This document shows, piece by piece, positions 27,031 through 40,546 of a stretch of DNA of 64,000 nucleotides (the stretch's first letter is position 1; every line of letters begins with the position of its first letter). The notes under the pieces were generated by a model. That model searched no databases. It was not told the DNA's origin and worked only from the letters and a program-made list of their open reading frames with translations. Origin of the DNA: Mizuhopecten yessoensis (taxonomy: Eukaryota); the NCBI RefSeq assembly GCF_002113885.1, contig NW_018406838.1, forward strand, positions 189,490 through 253,489. Reading direction: 5' to 3'. Made by a program: the position numbers and the translations under genes.

Positions 27031-27408
27031 CCTGTTTCCCTTAACTCCAATCAACAGTTATTTACCATTACCCTTCTACTAACACATCGGGAGGATGTCA
27101 GAGTGATCTCTTCCAAGGATGCCTCCCATGGCAGATTTTCCTAGGTATCCTCCCCATACTTATCCATGGGGAGGATGGCAGTGCAGTTTTTCCTAGGCAT
27201 TCTCCCAATATTTTTCCACGGTAAAGATTGCAGGGCATTTTTTTTCTTGACCTCGTTCCAATTCTGATCAATGGGGAGGATGGCGGCAGTTTTAAATGGC
27301 CTGACTGTTAGTTATCCTTATACTAACTCACAGGGAGTACAGCTTGTCAGTCTGTTAGGGACAGACTATAGGCCGCCATTACTATTACAGGCCACACTTA
27401 TAACTTAC

Positions 27409-27575
27409 CTACAGGGAGGATAGTGGGGCGGTCTTTCCTGGGCAGACTGTCAAAGCCACTGCTGTTGGAGGCAAGACTCCCCTCACTGCAGTCCTCAATA
27501 CACCGTGCTTCTTGTTCCTGTACATCCATCATCTCCCCAGGCAAATGATAAAACACGGACTTGCTCTTTTGAGGG
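27409..27575 (-). CDS. FAM102A: FAM102A/EEIG1 coding exon 4
   Basis: ttttgtag|C; PQKSKSVFYHLPGEMMDVQEQEARCIEDCSEGSLASNSSGFDSLPRKDRPTILPV; donor G|GTAAGT. 167 nt, phase 2->1. RPTIL motif as in vertebrate FAM102A. Confidence 0.92.
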
Positions 27576-27832
27576 CTACAAAATGTTGTCATACATTGTT
27601 AAATCAATGATTTGAAGGAATTTTTCTAGATAAGCAATCAAATTTCCTTTTGATTTGACAGAAAACTTGATGAGATACACAAATCTCATCAATATACTTT
27701 TGATGAAGTTCTCATCAATATACTTTTGATGAAGTTCAAGTGTTTCTCAAATCTCTATTTTGTACACTGATGCCTAATGTTACACGAGAATGTCTCATTT
27801 GCACGAGACCTGAACTACCAGATGTTAACTTA

Positions 27833-28024
<192 letters not shown>

Positions 28025-28816
28025 CTACATAAGGTCAAGGTCAATCAAAGGTCATATTAATCACATATTGAACATTTTGTTTCATGGCTATCCTCTACCT
28101 TATCGTACGATTGTAGTCACCTCTGTCACTTGTGTTTATCATAACCATTATGAGATTCAAAATGGGCCAATATTGGTTGAAATCGTGCAGCTGTAACGAT
28201 ATGTATAAGTTTCATCACCACTCAGCCATTTCTAGCCTAGAAAATGTAATACATGTAGTCAATACACTTTCCTAGTCCATAAAGTACACATACTGTTGGC
28301 AAGTATTTATTAATCACCATTAAACGAGTACCACAGTCAATTGCTCTAATCACTTGTATGGTCTGTGTTTTCCAAATAGTATAGCTACATATACAATCTA
28401 TATGAAAAGAATATTGGTGAATAGTAAAATACAGATAGGCAGAAGGATTGATGATGGATCAAGGGAACTAATTTGATTACTATCAATGATAGGGTAAGAT
28501 GATGGATGAAATCCTTAATTTTATAAAGTTGGCCTTGTTACTGATTATCATATGAATCCCAGGTGGACAATGATACCTGGTAACTGTGGTCTCTATACCC
28601 TGGGACCACTACATCCTACACCACTACAAATCAGCAGGGACAGCAGGCAGCCAACACATGTTTATCATTATTAGTCAGAGCACTGTATTCTGATGTATGT
28701 AGGAATGATGCATTGTTCAGTAACACTGACACTGACAGTTATAGAAAAATGGTTGCATACCAATATAATATAATCCCTGTACCCTGGGTAAAAAGGGTCG
28801 AAAACCAACTCTTCGG

Positions 28817-30860
28817 GGTTCAGTTATAATGTACACTAATACTTCCTGTAGCCCGGATAAAAAGGGTTCGTATCAACTCTCTAGGGTTCAGTTATAATGT
28901 ACACTAATACTTCCTGTAGCCCGGATAAAAAGGGTTCGTATCAACTCTCTAGGGTTCAGTTATAATGTACACTAATACTTCCTGTAGCCCGGATAAAAAG
29001 GGTTCGTATCAACTCTCTAGGGTTCAGTTATAATGTACACTAATACTTCCTGTAGCCCGGATAAAAAGGGTTCGTATCAACTCTCTAGGGTTCAGTTATA
29101 ATGTACACTAATACTTCCTGTAGCCCGGATAAAAAGGGTTCGTATCAACTCTCTAGGGTTCAGTTATAATGTACACTAATACTTCCTGTAGCCCGGATAA
29201 AAAGGGTTCGTATCAACTCTCTAGGGTTCAGTTATAATGTACACTAATACTTCCTGTAGCCCGGATAAAAAGGGTTCGTATCAACTCTCTAGGGTTCAGT
29301 TATAATGTACACTAATACTTCCTGTAGCCCGGATAAAAAGGGTTCGTATCAACTCTCTAGGGTTCAGTTATAATGTACACTAATACTTCCTGTAGCCCGG
29401 ATAAAAAGGGTTCGTATCAACTCTCTAGGGTTCAGTTATAATGTACACTAATACTTCCTGTAGCCCGGATAAAAAGGGTTCGTATCAACTCTCTAGGGTT
29501 CAGTTATAATGTACACTAATACTTCCTGTAGCCCGGATAAAAAGGGTTCGTATCAACTCTCTAGGGTTCAGTTATAATGTACACTAATACTTCCTGTAGC
29601 CCGGATAAAAAGGGTTCGTATCAACTCTCTAGGGTTCAGTTATAATGTACACTAATACTTCCTGTAGCCCGGATAAAAAGGGTTCGTATCAACTCTCTAG
29701 GGTTCAGTTATAATGTACACTAATACTTCCTGTAGCCCGGATAAAAAGGGTTCGTATCAACTCTCTAGGGTTCAGTTATAATGTACACTAATACTTCCTG
29801 TAGCCCGGATAAAAAGGGTTCGTATCAACTCTCTAGGGTTCAGTTATAATGTACACTAATACTTCCTGTAGCCCGGATAAAAAGGGTTCGTATCAACTCT
29901 CTAGGGTTCAGTTATAATGTACACTAATACTTCCTGTAGCCCGGATAAAAAGGGTTCGTATCAACTCTCTAGGGTTCAGTTATAATGTACACTAATACTT
30001 CCTGTAGCCCGGATAAAAAGGGTTCGTATCAACTCTCTAGGGTTCAGTTATAATGTACACTAATACTTCCTGTAGCCCGGATAAAAAGGGTTCGTATCAA
30101 CTCTCTAGGGTTCAGTTATAATGTACACTAATACTTCCTGTAGCCCGGATAAAAAGGGTTCGTATCAACTCTCTAGGGTTCAGTTATAATGTACACTAAT
30201 ACTTCCTGTAGCCCGGATAAAAAGGGTTCGTATCAACTCTCTAGGGTTCAGTTATAATGTACACTAATACTTCCTGTAGCCCGGATAAAAAGGGTTCGTA
30301 TCAACTCTCTAGGGTTCAGTTATAATGTACACTAATACTTCCTGTAGCCCGGATAAAAAGGGTTCGTATCAACTCTCTAGGGTTCAGTTATAATGTACAC
30401 TAATACTTCCTGTAGCCCGGATAAAAAGGGTTCGTATCAACTCTCTAGGGTTCAGTTATAATGTACACTAATACTTCCTGTAGCCCGGATAAAAAGGGTT
30501 CGTATCAACTCTCTAGGGTTCAGTTATAATGTACACTAATACTTCCTGTAGCCCGGATAAAAAGGGTTCGTATCAACTCTCTAGGGTTCAGTTATAATGT
30601 ACACTAATACTTCCTGTAGCCCGGATAAAAAGGGTTCGTATCAACTCTCTAGGGTTCAGTTATAATGTACACTAATACTTCCTGTAGCCCGGATAAAAAG
30701 GGTTCGTATCAACTCTCTAGGGTTCAGTTATAATGTACACTAATACTTCCTGTAGCCCGGATAAAAAGGGTTCGTATCAACTCTCTAGGGTTCAGTTATA
30801 ATGTACACTAATACTTCCTGTAGCCCGGATAAAAAGGGTTCGTATCAACTCTCTAGGGTT
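28817..30860. repeat. 68-bp satellite, ~30 identical copies, truncated by an N at 30861
   Basis: Unit GGTTCAGTTATAATGTACACTAATACTTCCTGTAGCCCGGATAAAAAGGGTTCGTATCAACTCTCTAG. Confidence 0.97.
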
Positions 30861-30861
30861 N

Positions 30862-31260
30862 GATATGGAGACTCAATATTATACACTTACACTGAGGATA
30901 TGGAGACTCAATATTATACACTTACACTGAGGATATGGAGACTCAATATTATACACTTACACTGAGGATATGGAGACTCAATATTATACGCTTACACTGA
31001 GGATATGGAGACTCAATATTATACACTTACACAGTATATGGAGACTCAATATTATACACTTACACTGATGATATGGAGACTCAATATTATACACTTACAC
31101 TGAGGATATGGAGACTTAATATTATACACTTACACTGAGGATATGGAGACTCAATATTATATGCTTACACTGAGGATATGGAGACTCAATATTATACACT
31201 TACACAGGATATGGAGACTCATTACTTTACACCTACCTGTTGATATGAAGACTCAATTGT
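30862..31260. repeat. 35-bp minisatellite derived from the exon 2 donor junction
   Basis: Unit GATATGGAGACTCAATATTATACACTTACACTGAG, ~10-11 visible copies. Confidence 0.95.
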
Positions 31261-31270
31261 ATACACTTAC

Positions 31271-31391
31271 CCTGCGGATGGAGATGCGACATTTACACTC
31301 ATCAAGTGACCCGGTGTTAGCATTGGCAGTCATCTTACACTGGAAACTGAATGGAGCCTTCCATTTCACACAGTTGTTGGTGATGTCCTGC
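31271..31391 (-). CDS. FAM102A: FAM102A/EEIG1 coding exon 2
   Basis: ttgtag|G; (R)QDITNNCVKWKAPFSFQCKMTANANTGSLDECKCRISIRR; donor AGG|GTAAGT. 121 nt, phase 2->0. Matches the family NCV.W...F.F.CKM.AN..TG.LD.C motif. Confidence 0.96.
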
Positions 31392-33059
31392 CTACAAGTA
31401 TCAACGGTTTACAATACAACTAAGTGTCAAGTTATATATCAGAACAGTTTGTCTGCAGTGTAATGTTACATAGAGCACCCTGTGTTTTTGATGTGATGAA
31501 GTAAAAGTACTCTTAAGCAATTAGTGACCAGAAATGTGCCAGCTATAGGACATGAATACCCTGCTCATACGTCTACCCTGCTCGAGCACCTCCCAGAGGC
31601 CACGATCAAAGTTAAAGGTAACATAGAAAGTCCTGCAACATGTTGTCCTCCAAGCATGAGCATGTCACGTTGCTTGACCCTAGCTTGCTGCAGTTCTTTG
31701 GCCATAATTATAAGTGACCTATAAATGCAAAAATCTCAACGCATCACTTTGGGCTGGGGTATAAAATTACCAGTACTGTTTTCAAGTGTGATAATGTTAC
31801 AGTATATCTTAGTACCTTTTCCCCTTCGATTTTAACAAAACACATTAGTACACATTGTATCTGAGGTATATGTCTATATGGTCACAATATTACAGGAAAA
31901 CCTACAAATATTATGGTAACGCCCAAATTCTTTATCAGATTCCATTACCTTGGAGATACGGTCACTAGATATTGTACATAAGGATTGATTAGAGAAATGT
32001 TCTACCTAATTGTTTTGTGCATATAACATAAAAGCTGTGTATAACATTACAGTGGGCTGCTCCTGGATTCTCCCCCGACAGCTGACAAGCTGCCAACATG
32101 GCCAGTGATAAGTTCAAAGGACCGGCTATGTGTTACAGTGTAAAAGCACTTATACTGCTGGCATTTCTCATATCTCCCTGTATAAATGTTGGATCTGAGC
32201 TGCAACTCTAAGCCTAAACAAGATCAATCTTGTGTCCACCTAGTTACCAATACCCAACATACAATATTTCCTGTTCAAACCTAGAAGATAAATATTAGCC
32301 ATCTGCTTTTCGTGGTAGGTTTTGAAAATAAAGATATGAAAACCTCATCAAAGTTTAGTAGATGAAGCGGGCCTGGATTTTGGAGATCATAGCAACGTAT
32401 GGTGTGGGTGATGATCAGGATTAGGGTACATTCTTACACACAGTACATCTTTACCAAGGAAGACCCTGCCTTATAATGACATGTACATGTATACCCATTC
32501 AGCAATTGATACACCCAGATTGTATTATTTTAAAGAAGAAGAATTTACAAATATGCATTATTAATGAATGTTAGAAGTAATAAATTGTTCAAAGTAGAAG
32601 TTATGTATTTTTATAGGATGTCTGTATAAAGTCAAGCAGTAATGTTTGTAAACAGAAGTTTACTATTTCAAATGTTTCTACTATAGTATATAACCCAGTA
32701 TCTCTGGTATCCCTGACATTGCTTCTGTAACAGAATACTCTGCCTTCTTCTGCCACCATGTAATTAGTGTAAGAATGACTCGACAGAAGTATTCATCCTT
32801 AAAATCCTCTTTCATCAGGGCAGGGACTACGTATCAATAGTATTACAATGAGTGCTGTTAGGGCTCTCTTACCCTGCAAGGAAAGTGGAGAAAGTGGACC
32901 CCATCAGCATCTATAGTATAGCCCAACTAATTGTGTCAGATCTAGTTAGTGAACATCTAAGTAATTGATGGAGTGTTGCCTCCCTCTTGCCTTCATCACA
33001 AACACTGCACTGACAAGCAATGAGAAGAAATTTGTCAATAGTTTCATGAACAATAGTCT

Positions 33060-33398
33060 CCCTGGCTGTACAACCCTAGCTGTACACTAGGGTAGTGTAA
33101 AATGATATTAGATGTAGTCTACGTATACCCAGCTGTACAGTAGGGTATATGTGTAACCTGACATTACATGTAGTCTACCCAGCTGTACAGAAGGGTAGTG
33201 TAACATGACATTAGATGTAGTCTACGTATACCCAGCTGTACAATAGGGTATATGTGTAACCTGACATTACATGTAGTCTACCCAGCTGTACAGTAGGGTA
33301 GTGTAACATGACATTAGATGTAGTCTACATATATACCCAGCTGTACAGTAGGGTATATGTGTAACCTGACATTACATGTAGTTTCCCTGGCTGTACAC
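33060..33398. repeat. ~50-bp alternating (dimeric) tandem repeat
   Basis: CCCAGCTGTACAGTAGGGTA...ATGTAGTCTA with two alternating variants. Confidence 0.88.
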
Positions 33399-33741
33399 TG
33401 TGAGTGATAATTAAGGTAATGCAACAACGCAATGATTAGAGTCAAACTAATCATGAACACCCTCCATTACTGTCAGCTTTTTAACACAATTATCAAATTC
33501 CTTCTTTGGGTTGCAGCAGTAAAATTTCATTTGCAGAACTTAATTTCTACCGAGTTAAATCCCATTATATATCAAACACCCTCCCCTGGATGAAATTGGC
33601 TTATCGTGGCCCTGCATAGCCATTGTACATCAACAGCAGAAATTGGCTCATAGACAGGGTGATGCATCTGTGACAAGGTGGTGATCTCTGAAAGTGGTGT
33701 GAGAGCATGGTTAATTTATCAGGATGGTGTTACCCCTGGTG

Positions 33742-34620
33742 TAACAGGGTGGGGAGACAGGTTGGTGTATCTGTGACAGGCTGGTGTAGCTGGGACAGGT
33801 TGGGGTATCTGTGACAGGTTGGCGTATCTGTGACAGTTTGGTGTATCTGTGACAGGCTGGTGTATATGTGACAGGTTGGTGTATCTTCTGTGACAGGTTG
33901 GTGTAGCTGTGACAGGTTGGTGTATCTGTGACAGGTTGGGGTATCTGTGACAGGCTGGGGTAGCTGTGACAGGGTGGGGTAGCTGTGACAGGTTGGTGTA
34001 TCTGTTACAGGCTGGTTTATCTGTGACAGGCTGGTGTATCTGTGACGGGGTGGGGAGACAGGCTGGTGTATCTGTGGCAGGTTGGTGTTTCTGTGACAGG
34101 GGGGGGGGAGACAGGTTGTTGTATCTGTGAGAGGCTGGTGTATCTGGGACAGGGTGGGGAGACAGGCTGGTGTATCCGTGACAGGGTGGGGAGACAGGCT
34201 GGTGTATCTGTGACAGGCTGGTGTAGCTGGGACAGGTTGGTGTATCTGTTACAGGCTGGTGTATCTGTGACAGGCTGGTGTATCTGTGCCAGGGTGGTGT
34301 GACAGGTTGGTGTATCTGTGACAGGTTGGTGTATCTGTGACAGGCTGGTGTATCTGTGACAGGGTGGGGAGACAGGTTGGTGTAGCTGTGACAGGCTGGT
34401 GTATCTGTTACAGGCTGGTGTATCTGTAACAGGCTGGTGTATCTGTGACAGGCTGGGTGTATCCGTGCAGGGTGGGGAGACAGGTTGGTGTAGCTGTTAC
34501 AGGTTGGGGTATCTGTTTCAGGCTGGGGGGTCTGTGACAGGCTGGGGTTTCTGTAACAGGCTGGTGTATCTGTGACAGGCTGGTGTATCTGTGACAGGGT
34601 AGTTAACAGCAACAGGGTTG
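33742..34620. repeat. 19-bp degenerate minisatellite
   Basis: ACAGGCTGGTGTATCTGTG units interspersed with ACAGGGTGGGGAG. Confidence 0.93.
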
Positions 34621-34859
34621 CATCATCTGTGGTGTGATGAATATAATCTCTCATCCCCTTAGGGGTGAGATAGGGGAATCTCATCCTGATGGGGAAGATT
34701 GTTAAGATGTCAAACATGAGGCTTTGTATGTTAAGTGTTTGGCAACTTATATTATGAATCTTTCCCAGAGGATTGAGAGTTCACTAGCTAGCCTCCAAAG
34801 GAGTGAATGATTCTTTTTCTTTTGACCTGCTCACCCATTGTGTATCATATATTACATGA

Positions 34860-35160
34860 TCTGCACGGCACTGTGTTGTATCTTTGAGCAAGATACTTTA
34901 CTTCGCTTGTTCCAGTCTACTCAGCTGTAAATGAGTACATGGTTGGGCAGTGCTAAAATTGTTGAATGCTAGCTGTTAGCGCCGAAATGGCAGCTCTGGC
35001 TGTATGCTCCCCAGCTGGGAGTTGAGAAAGGAATTGGCTGGTTGCAAAGGCCCTATAACCACGGATAATAATTTATAACAATATATAATATATATAACAA
35101 CTAGGTTGTGATAAAGCGGTATATAAGAACCTCGAATTATTATTATTATTATTATTATTA
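34860..35160 (+). mobile_element. SINE body with CORE-like and Deu/Nin-like blocks and an (ATT)n tail
   Basis: TGTGTTGTATCTTTGAGCAAGATACTTTA...CTCAGCTGTAAATGAGTAC; GGCTGTATGCTCCCCAG..GGGAGTTGAG; AAAGCGGTATATAAG followed by an (ATT)n tail. Confidence 0.65.
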
Positions 35161-35250
35161 TATACATAATGTACAGTTAACGTTAAAGCCTAAAAGCATT
35201 GCTGACGTGACATTGAAAGATTGTTGACGTGATGTAATTTTATTGTTGAT

Positions 35251-36845
35251 GTGACAGGCTAGTGTATCTGTGACAGTGTGGTTAACATCAACAGGGTGAA
35301 GTTACCTATAGAGGGACAGGGTGGGGAGACAGGCTAGTGTATCTGTGACAGGGTGGTTAACATCAACAGGGTGAAGTTACCTATAGAGGGACAGGGTGGG
35401 AAGACAGGCTAGTGTATCTGTGACAGGGTGGTTAACATCAACAGGGTGAAGTTACCTATAGAGGGACAGGGTAGGGAGACAGGCTAGTGTATCTGTGACA
35501 GGGTGGTTAACATCAACAGGGTGAAGTTACCTATAGAGGGACAGGGTGGGGAGACAGGCTAGTGTATCTGTGACAGGGTGGTTAACATCAACAGGGTGAA
35601 GTTACCTATAGAGGGACAGGGTGGGGAGACAGGCTAGTGTATCTGTGACAGGGTGGTTAACATCAACAGGGTGAAGTTACCTATAGAGGGACAGGGTGGG
35701 GAGACAGGCTAGTGTATCTGTGACAGGGTGGTTAACATCAACAGGGTGAAGTTACCTATAGAGGGACAGGGTGGGGAGACAGGCTAGTGTATCTGTGACA
35801 GGGTGGTTAACATCAACAGGGTGAAGTTACCTATAGAGGGACAGGGTGGGGAGACAGGCTAGTGTATCTGTGACAGGGTGGTTAACATCAACAGGGTGAA
35901 GTTACCTATAGAGGGACAGGGTGGGGAGACAGGCTAGTGTATCTGTGACAGGGTGGTTAACATCAACAGGGTGAAGTTACCTATAGAGGGACAGGGTGGG
36001 GAGACAGGCTAGTGTATCTGTGACAGGGTGGTTAACATCAACAGGGTGAAGTTACCTATAGAGGGACAGGGTGGGGAGACAGGCTAGTGTATCTGTGACA
36101 GGGTGGTTAACATCAACAGGGTGAAGTTACCTATAGAGGGACAGGGTGGGGAGACAGGCTAGTGTATCTGTGACAGGGTGGTTAACATCAACAGGGTGAA
36201 GTTACCTATAGAGGGACAGGGTGGGGAGACAGGCTAGTGTATCTGTGACAGGGTGGTTAACATCAACAGGGTGAAGTTACCTATAGAGGGACAGGGTGGG
36301 GAGACAGGCTAGTGTATCTGTGACAGGGTGGTTAACATCAACAGGGTGAAGTTACCTATAGAGGGACAGGGTGGGGAGACAGGCTAGTGTATCTGTGACA
36401 GGGTGGTTAACATCAACAGGGTGAAGTTACCTATAGAGGGACAGGGAGGGGAGACAGGATAGTGTATCTGTGACAGGGTGGTTAACATCAACAGGGTGAA
36501 GTTACCTATAAAGGGACAGGGTAGGGAGACAGGGTAGTGTATCTGTGACGGGGTGGGTAACATCAACAGGGTGAAGTTCCCTATAAAGGGACAGGGTGGG
36601 GAGACAGTCTAGTGTATCTGTGACAGGGGGGTTAAAATCAACAGGGTGAAGTTACCTATAAAGGGACAGGGTAGGGAGACAGGCTAGTATATCTGTGACG
36701 GGGTGGTTAACATCCATAGAGGGACAGGGTAGGGAGACAGGCTAGTATATCTGTGACGGGGTGGTTAACATCCATAGAGGGACAGGGTAGGGAGACAGGG
36801 TAGTGTATCTGTGACGGGGTGGGTAACATCAACAGGGGGAAGTTG
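35251..36845. repeat. 75-bp minisatellite, ~21 copies
   Basis: Unit ACAGGCTAGTGTATCTGTGACAGGGTGGTTAACATCAACAGGGTGAAGTTACCTATAGAGGGACAGGGTGGGGAG. Confidence 0.97.
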
Positions 36846-38269
36846 AAAAATGTACACTTTATCTTTCATTATCCTACACAAAAACTAGTTTTACTTATGA
36901 CCTCCCCAAGAACAGGATCCAAGAGGTTCACCAGGCCTGTATAACCTGAATCGTGTTCATGTATGTTATACCTGAAACCTTTTGTCTAAGGATCCCTTGA
37001 TTATCTGCCACAGGTCAAAGGTCTATCAGACAAACTTTACACATTTGTTATACCATTAGGTGGTGTTGGATTGCTTGTCCACCCTAAGTGGTCCTTGTGT
37101 TACCTAGCGGTCTGGGTATTGTCTGATCCTGGCCTATCAATGACATGCTGTGATATAATAACCAGAGGTGTAAATATGACTCTAGCGGGATAGTTGTGTA
37201 TCAAAGCCTGTTTGTCGGTCTTGGTAAGGAATGTTGATGATGACACATTACAACATGCCTACTTGGACGATTACGTTGTTTTGTTGTGTGAATTTGATGG
37301 CTGTCTTTATATTTTTTATGTTGGTCCTTGTGGAAGTAATGTATATACATGTGATAGCCTGGGCACAATAAGTGGAGTCAGCTATGCAGATAATATCTCT
37401 CGCCTAGATATACTATACAAATGCAATTTACCAGTATTCAAAATGGAATATGATGCTGCGACACATTTTAAGAAAGCATCCTGGTAAGAAAGTAATGGGT
37501 TTTGATCATGTCATCTATTACAAGGAACACCTGGACCCGTGTTTCATCAAGATTTAATACGATAAACACACAGGGTGCTTTCCATTCAGCCATATTCTAA
37601 ATTCGTATCTCACAAAATACATGTCAAATCAATCATACATAATGCCACTTGAGTACTGTTCATGCCTTTTGATAATGTCCTAAAAATAAAATCTGACCCA
37701 ATATCTTCCAAATAATCAACCTCTTCATTTTCATCTAGAAATAACTTAACTCAGCATTCTGGCTCCATGCTGTCGGGAGCATCAGTCCAGGTCTGATATT
37801 TTCTCACTGATACACAGGAATATTACCCTAAAATGAGACGGGGAAACTATAGTTTAAATGATTTAAACAATACTTTCCGGTATAATTCTTTACAAATATC
37901 TGCTGCCACCTCATCTAGAACGGTATAAGTAGCAGTGTAGATGGTATATAGTAGCAGTATGGCAAGATCTCTAAGCATGCCCTACATCAAAGGAATCACT
38001 CTGCATGTCCTGTGAGGTATTTTATTGTGGCCTTTATTGATCCCTATAAACCGCGTTGGTGTGTCAGCCAATCAGATAGACATTAAGCTAGATGACATGA
38101 TGGTTCTATGTACTTTATGTAGGCACTCGGATACAGGTGCTGGAAAACACATCTCTAGTGATGTCATTCTGATGATGTACATATGTTCAGGCAGGTAAAC
38201 AGCTACATCAACTCACAAAGTGCTGGTGGAAGTCAGGCAAACAGCATTCCTTGTAGGGAATCAAAACAG

Positions 38270-38535
38270 GGTCACCATAGACAGGTGGTCACTATAGACA
38301 GGTGGTCACCATAGACAGGTGGTCACAATAGACAGGTGGTCACTATAGACAGGTAGTCACCATAGACAGGTGGTCACCATAGACAGGTAGTCATCATAGA
38401 CATATGGTCACCATAGACAGGTAGTCATCATAGACATATGGTCACCATAGACAGGTGGTCATCACATACTGGTGGCAATTATAGATAGGTGGTAATCATT
38501 TACATGTGGTTACTGGAGAGAGGTGGCCACCATAC
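38270..38535. repeat. 17-bp minisatellite
   Basis: GGTCACCATAGACAGGT, decaying rightwards. Confidence 0.92.
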
Positions 38536-39634
38536 CGAGATGATCACAGACTGGTGGACGTAAGAGATTTTTGTAACTAATCGCTCTAAAACAACAAGAT
38601 GAGTGTTGTACCAGCATTTAAAGCTTGCCTGTCTGAGTCCAATATTATACTAAGACCAGTCAGCTGGAGATGGCCTGACATTATATCAGCTGCTACCAGT
38701 TGTCTAAGGAGATGACTACACCTGAAGTTTACAAATCAATAATGTCACAGGTAGACAATGAGTACTGAAACACGCCTACATTTGCTGAATCCCCTACCAC
38801 TGTCCGTGCCAAGGTGAACAGGTCAAAAAGTCAATCACATCCAAGTCTTATAAAGAAACATGTGAACCCCCCCCCCCCCCAAACACTTTTAAGGAAAAAC
38901 CCTTAAACTACTTTTAATTTGAAAGTCTATAGAAATAGACAAAATAATTAAACAGTAAAATAGAAAGAAATGCGGTCATTGGCCTCACTTTTTTAAACAC
39001 CCCCACAACCCACTTTTTTAACTGGAAAGTTTGCCAAATGAAAGGCATTTATATTTTTCTTTATATTGGTAAAAGGTCCTTGGTCCTTGCATTTGTTACG
39101 TATTTTTTTAAGAGTAGGTTTACAGTCATTCAGGTACAAGTATGGGCCAGTGTGTGAATGTATCAAATCATAGTGACCTTGAACACCAAGCTTGAACAGC
39201 ATTGTACCATATAAGTACTGGACAGGCCAGACGTACAGTTGGGTCAATATTAGCATTAAAATCCCTGAGGCTGAGTGCACTATTTAAGATTTAATATTGA
39301 TGTACAGAGCTGTAAGGGTCTCCTGTATTAGAGCACTGTATATATATATAAGAAAATTATATACACATTTGTCAAAGATATTTTCATTGATACTCGAGCT
39401 CGTTAACCTGCAAATCATGCGGACTGGATTTTAGATTGAAAAAAACTGTTGTAAATGATATATTTAGATTTAAATAACAAGTAGTAATGAATAATTAAGC
39501 AATAGGTAGACAATAAGTATTAGAACGATGGTTCCCCGTCATTGCTAGTACTGGAGGAGGCTTATCTACTCGTCTATGTACCAAGCACACACATTATACA
39601 TAGGCCTACCGGAACATATACATGTACCCAGTCC

Positions 39635-39990
39635 ACACAAAATATACCAGGTATATATACCCCGCCCACACAAAATATACCAGGTATATATATACCCCGC
39701 CCACACAAAATATACCAGGTATATATACCCCGCCCACACAAAATATACCAGGTATATATATACCCAGCGCACACAAAATATAACAGGTATATATACCCCA
39801 CCCATACAAAATATACCAGGTATATATACCCCGCCCACACAAAATATACCAGGTATATATACCCCGCCCACACAACATATACCAGGTATATATCCCGCCC
39901 ACACAAAATATACCAGGTACTGTATATACCCTGCCCACACAAAATGTACCAGGTATGTACCCCGCCCACACAAAATATACAAGGTATATA
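39635..39990. repeat. 33-35-bp minisatellite
   Basis: CCCGCCCACACAAAATATACCAGGTATATATAC with variable (TA)n. Confidence 0.94.
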
Positions 39991-40171
39991 CCCTGCTCAC
40001 ACTCTTGAATTGGTCTTATTGATCTTGAGAAGACGTCATGAAAAGATAAGTTTGGGCTGGATGACAAATGAATGGATGGGACACACTTGACCGGGTGAAA
40101 TAAAAATAATCACTTTTGTACAATTTCACAAAATTTGCATCACACCATAATAATGTGCTATACAATGTAAA

Positions 40172-40546
40172 AGGTGTATAATACTAGCCTATACCCTGTG
40201 GGGTCTATTAGTGTGTAGGAGGTGTGTAATACTAGCCTATACCCTGGGGGGTCTATTAGTGTGTAGGAGGTGTAAAATACTAGCCTATACCCTGTGGGGT
40301 TTATTAGTGTGTAGGAGGGGTGTAATGCTAGCCTATACCCTGGGGGTTTATTAGAGTGTAGGAGGTGTGTAATACTAGCCTATACCCTGTGGGGTCTATT
40401 AGTGTGTAGGAGGTGTGTAATGCTAGCCTATACCCTGGGGGTTTATTAGTGTGTAGGAGGTGTGTAATACTAGCCTATACCCTGGGGGGTCTATTAGTGT
40501 GTAGGAGGTGTGTAATACTAGCCTATACCCTGTGGGGTCTATTAGT
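40172..40546. repeat. ~48-bp minisatellite, ~8 copies
   Basis: GTGTAATACTAGCCTATACCCTGTGGGGTCTATTAGTGTGTAGGAGGT. Confidence 0.94.

Noticed and set aside
28817-30860. CRISPR-like or tRNA-derived array (GCCCGGATA and GGTTCGTATC motifs)
   Set aside because: Units are identical with no unique spacers, there are no cas genes and the context is a eukaryotic intron; no cloverleaf, and the B box is imperfect.
33719-34717. 332-aa Pro/Thr/His-rich ORF
   Set aside because: Chance stop-free reading of the 19-bp minisatellite; the peptide cycles through three frames of the same unit.
39542-40090. Five overlapping ORFs on both strands
   Set aside because: Artefact of a stop-poor 33-35-bp repeat.
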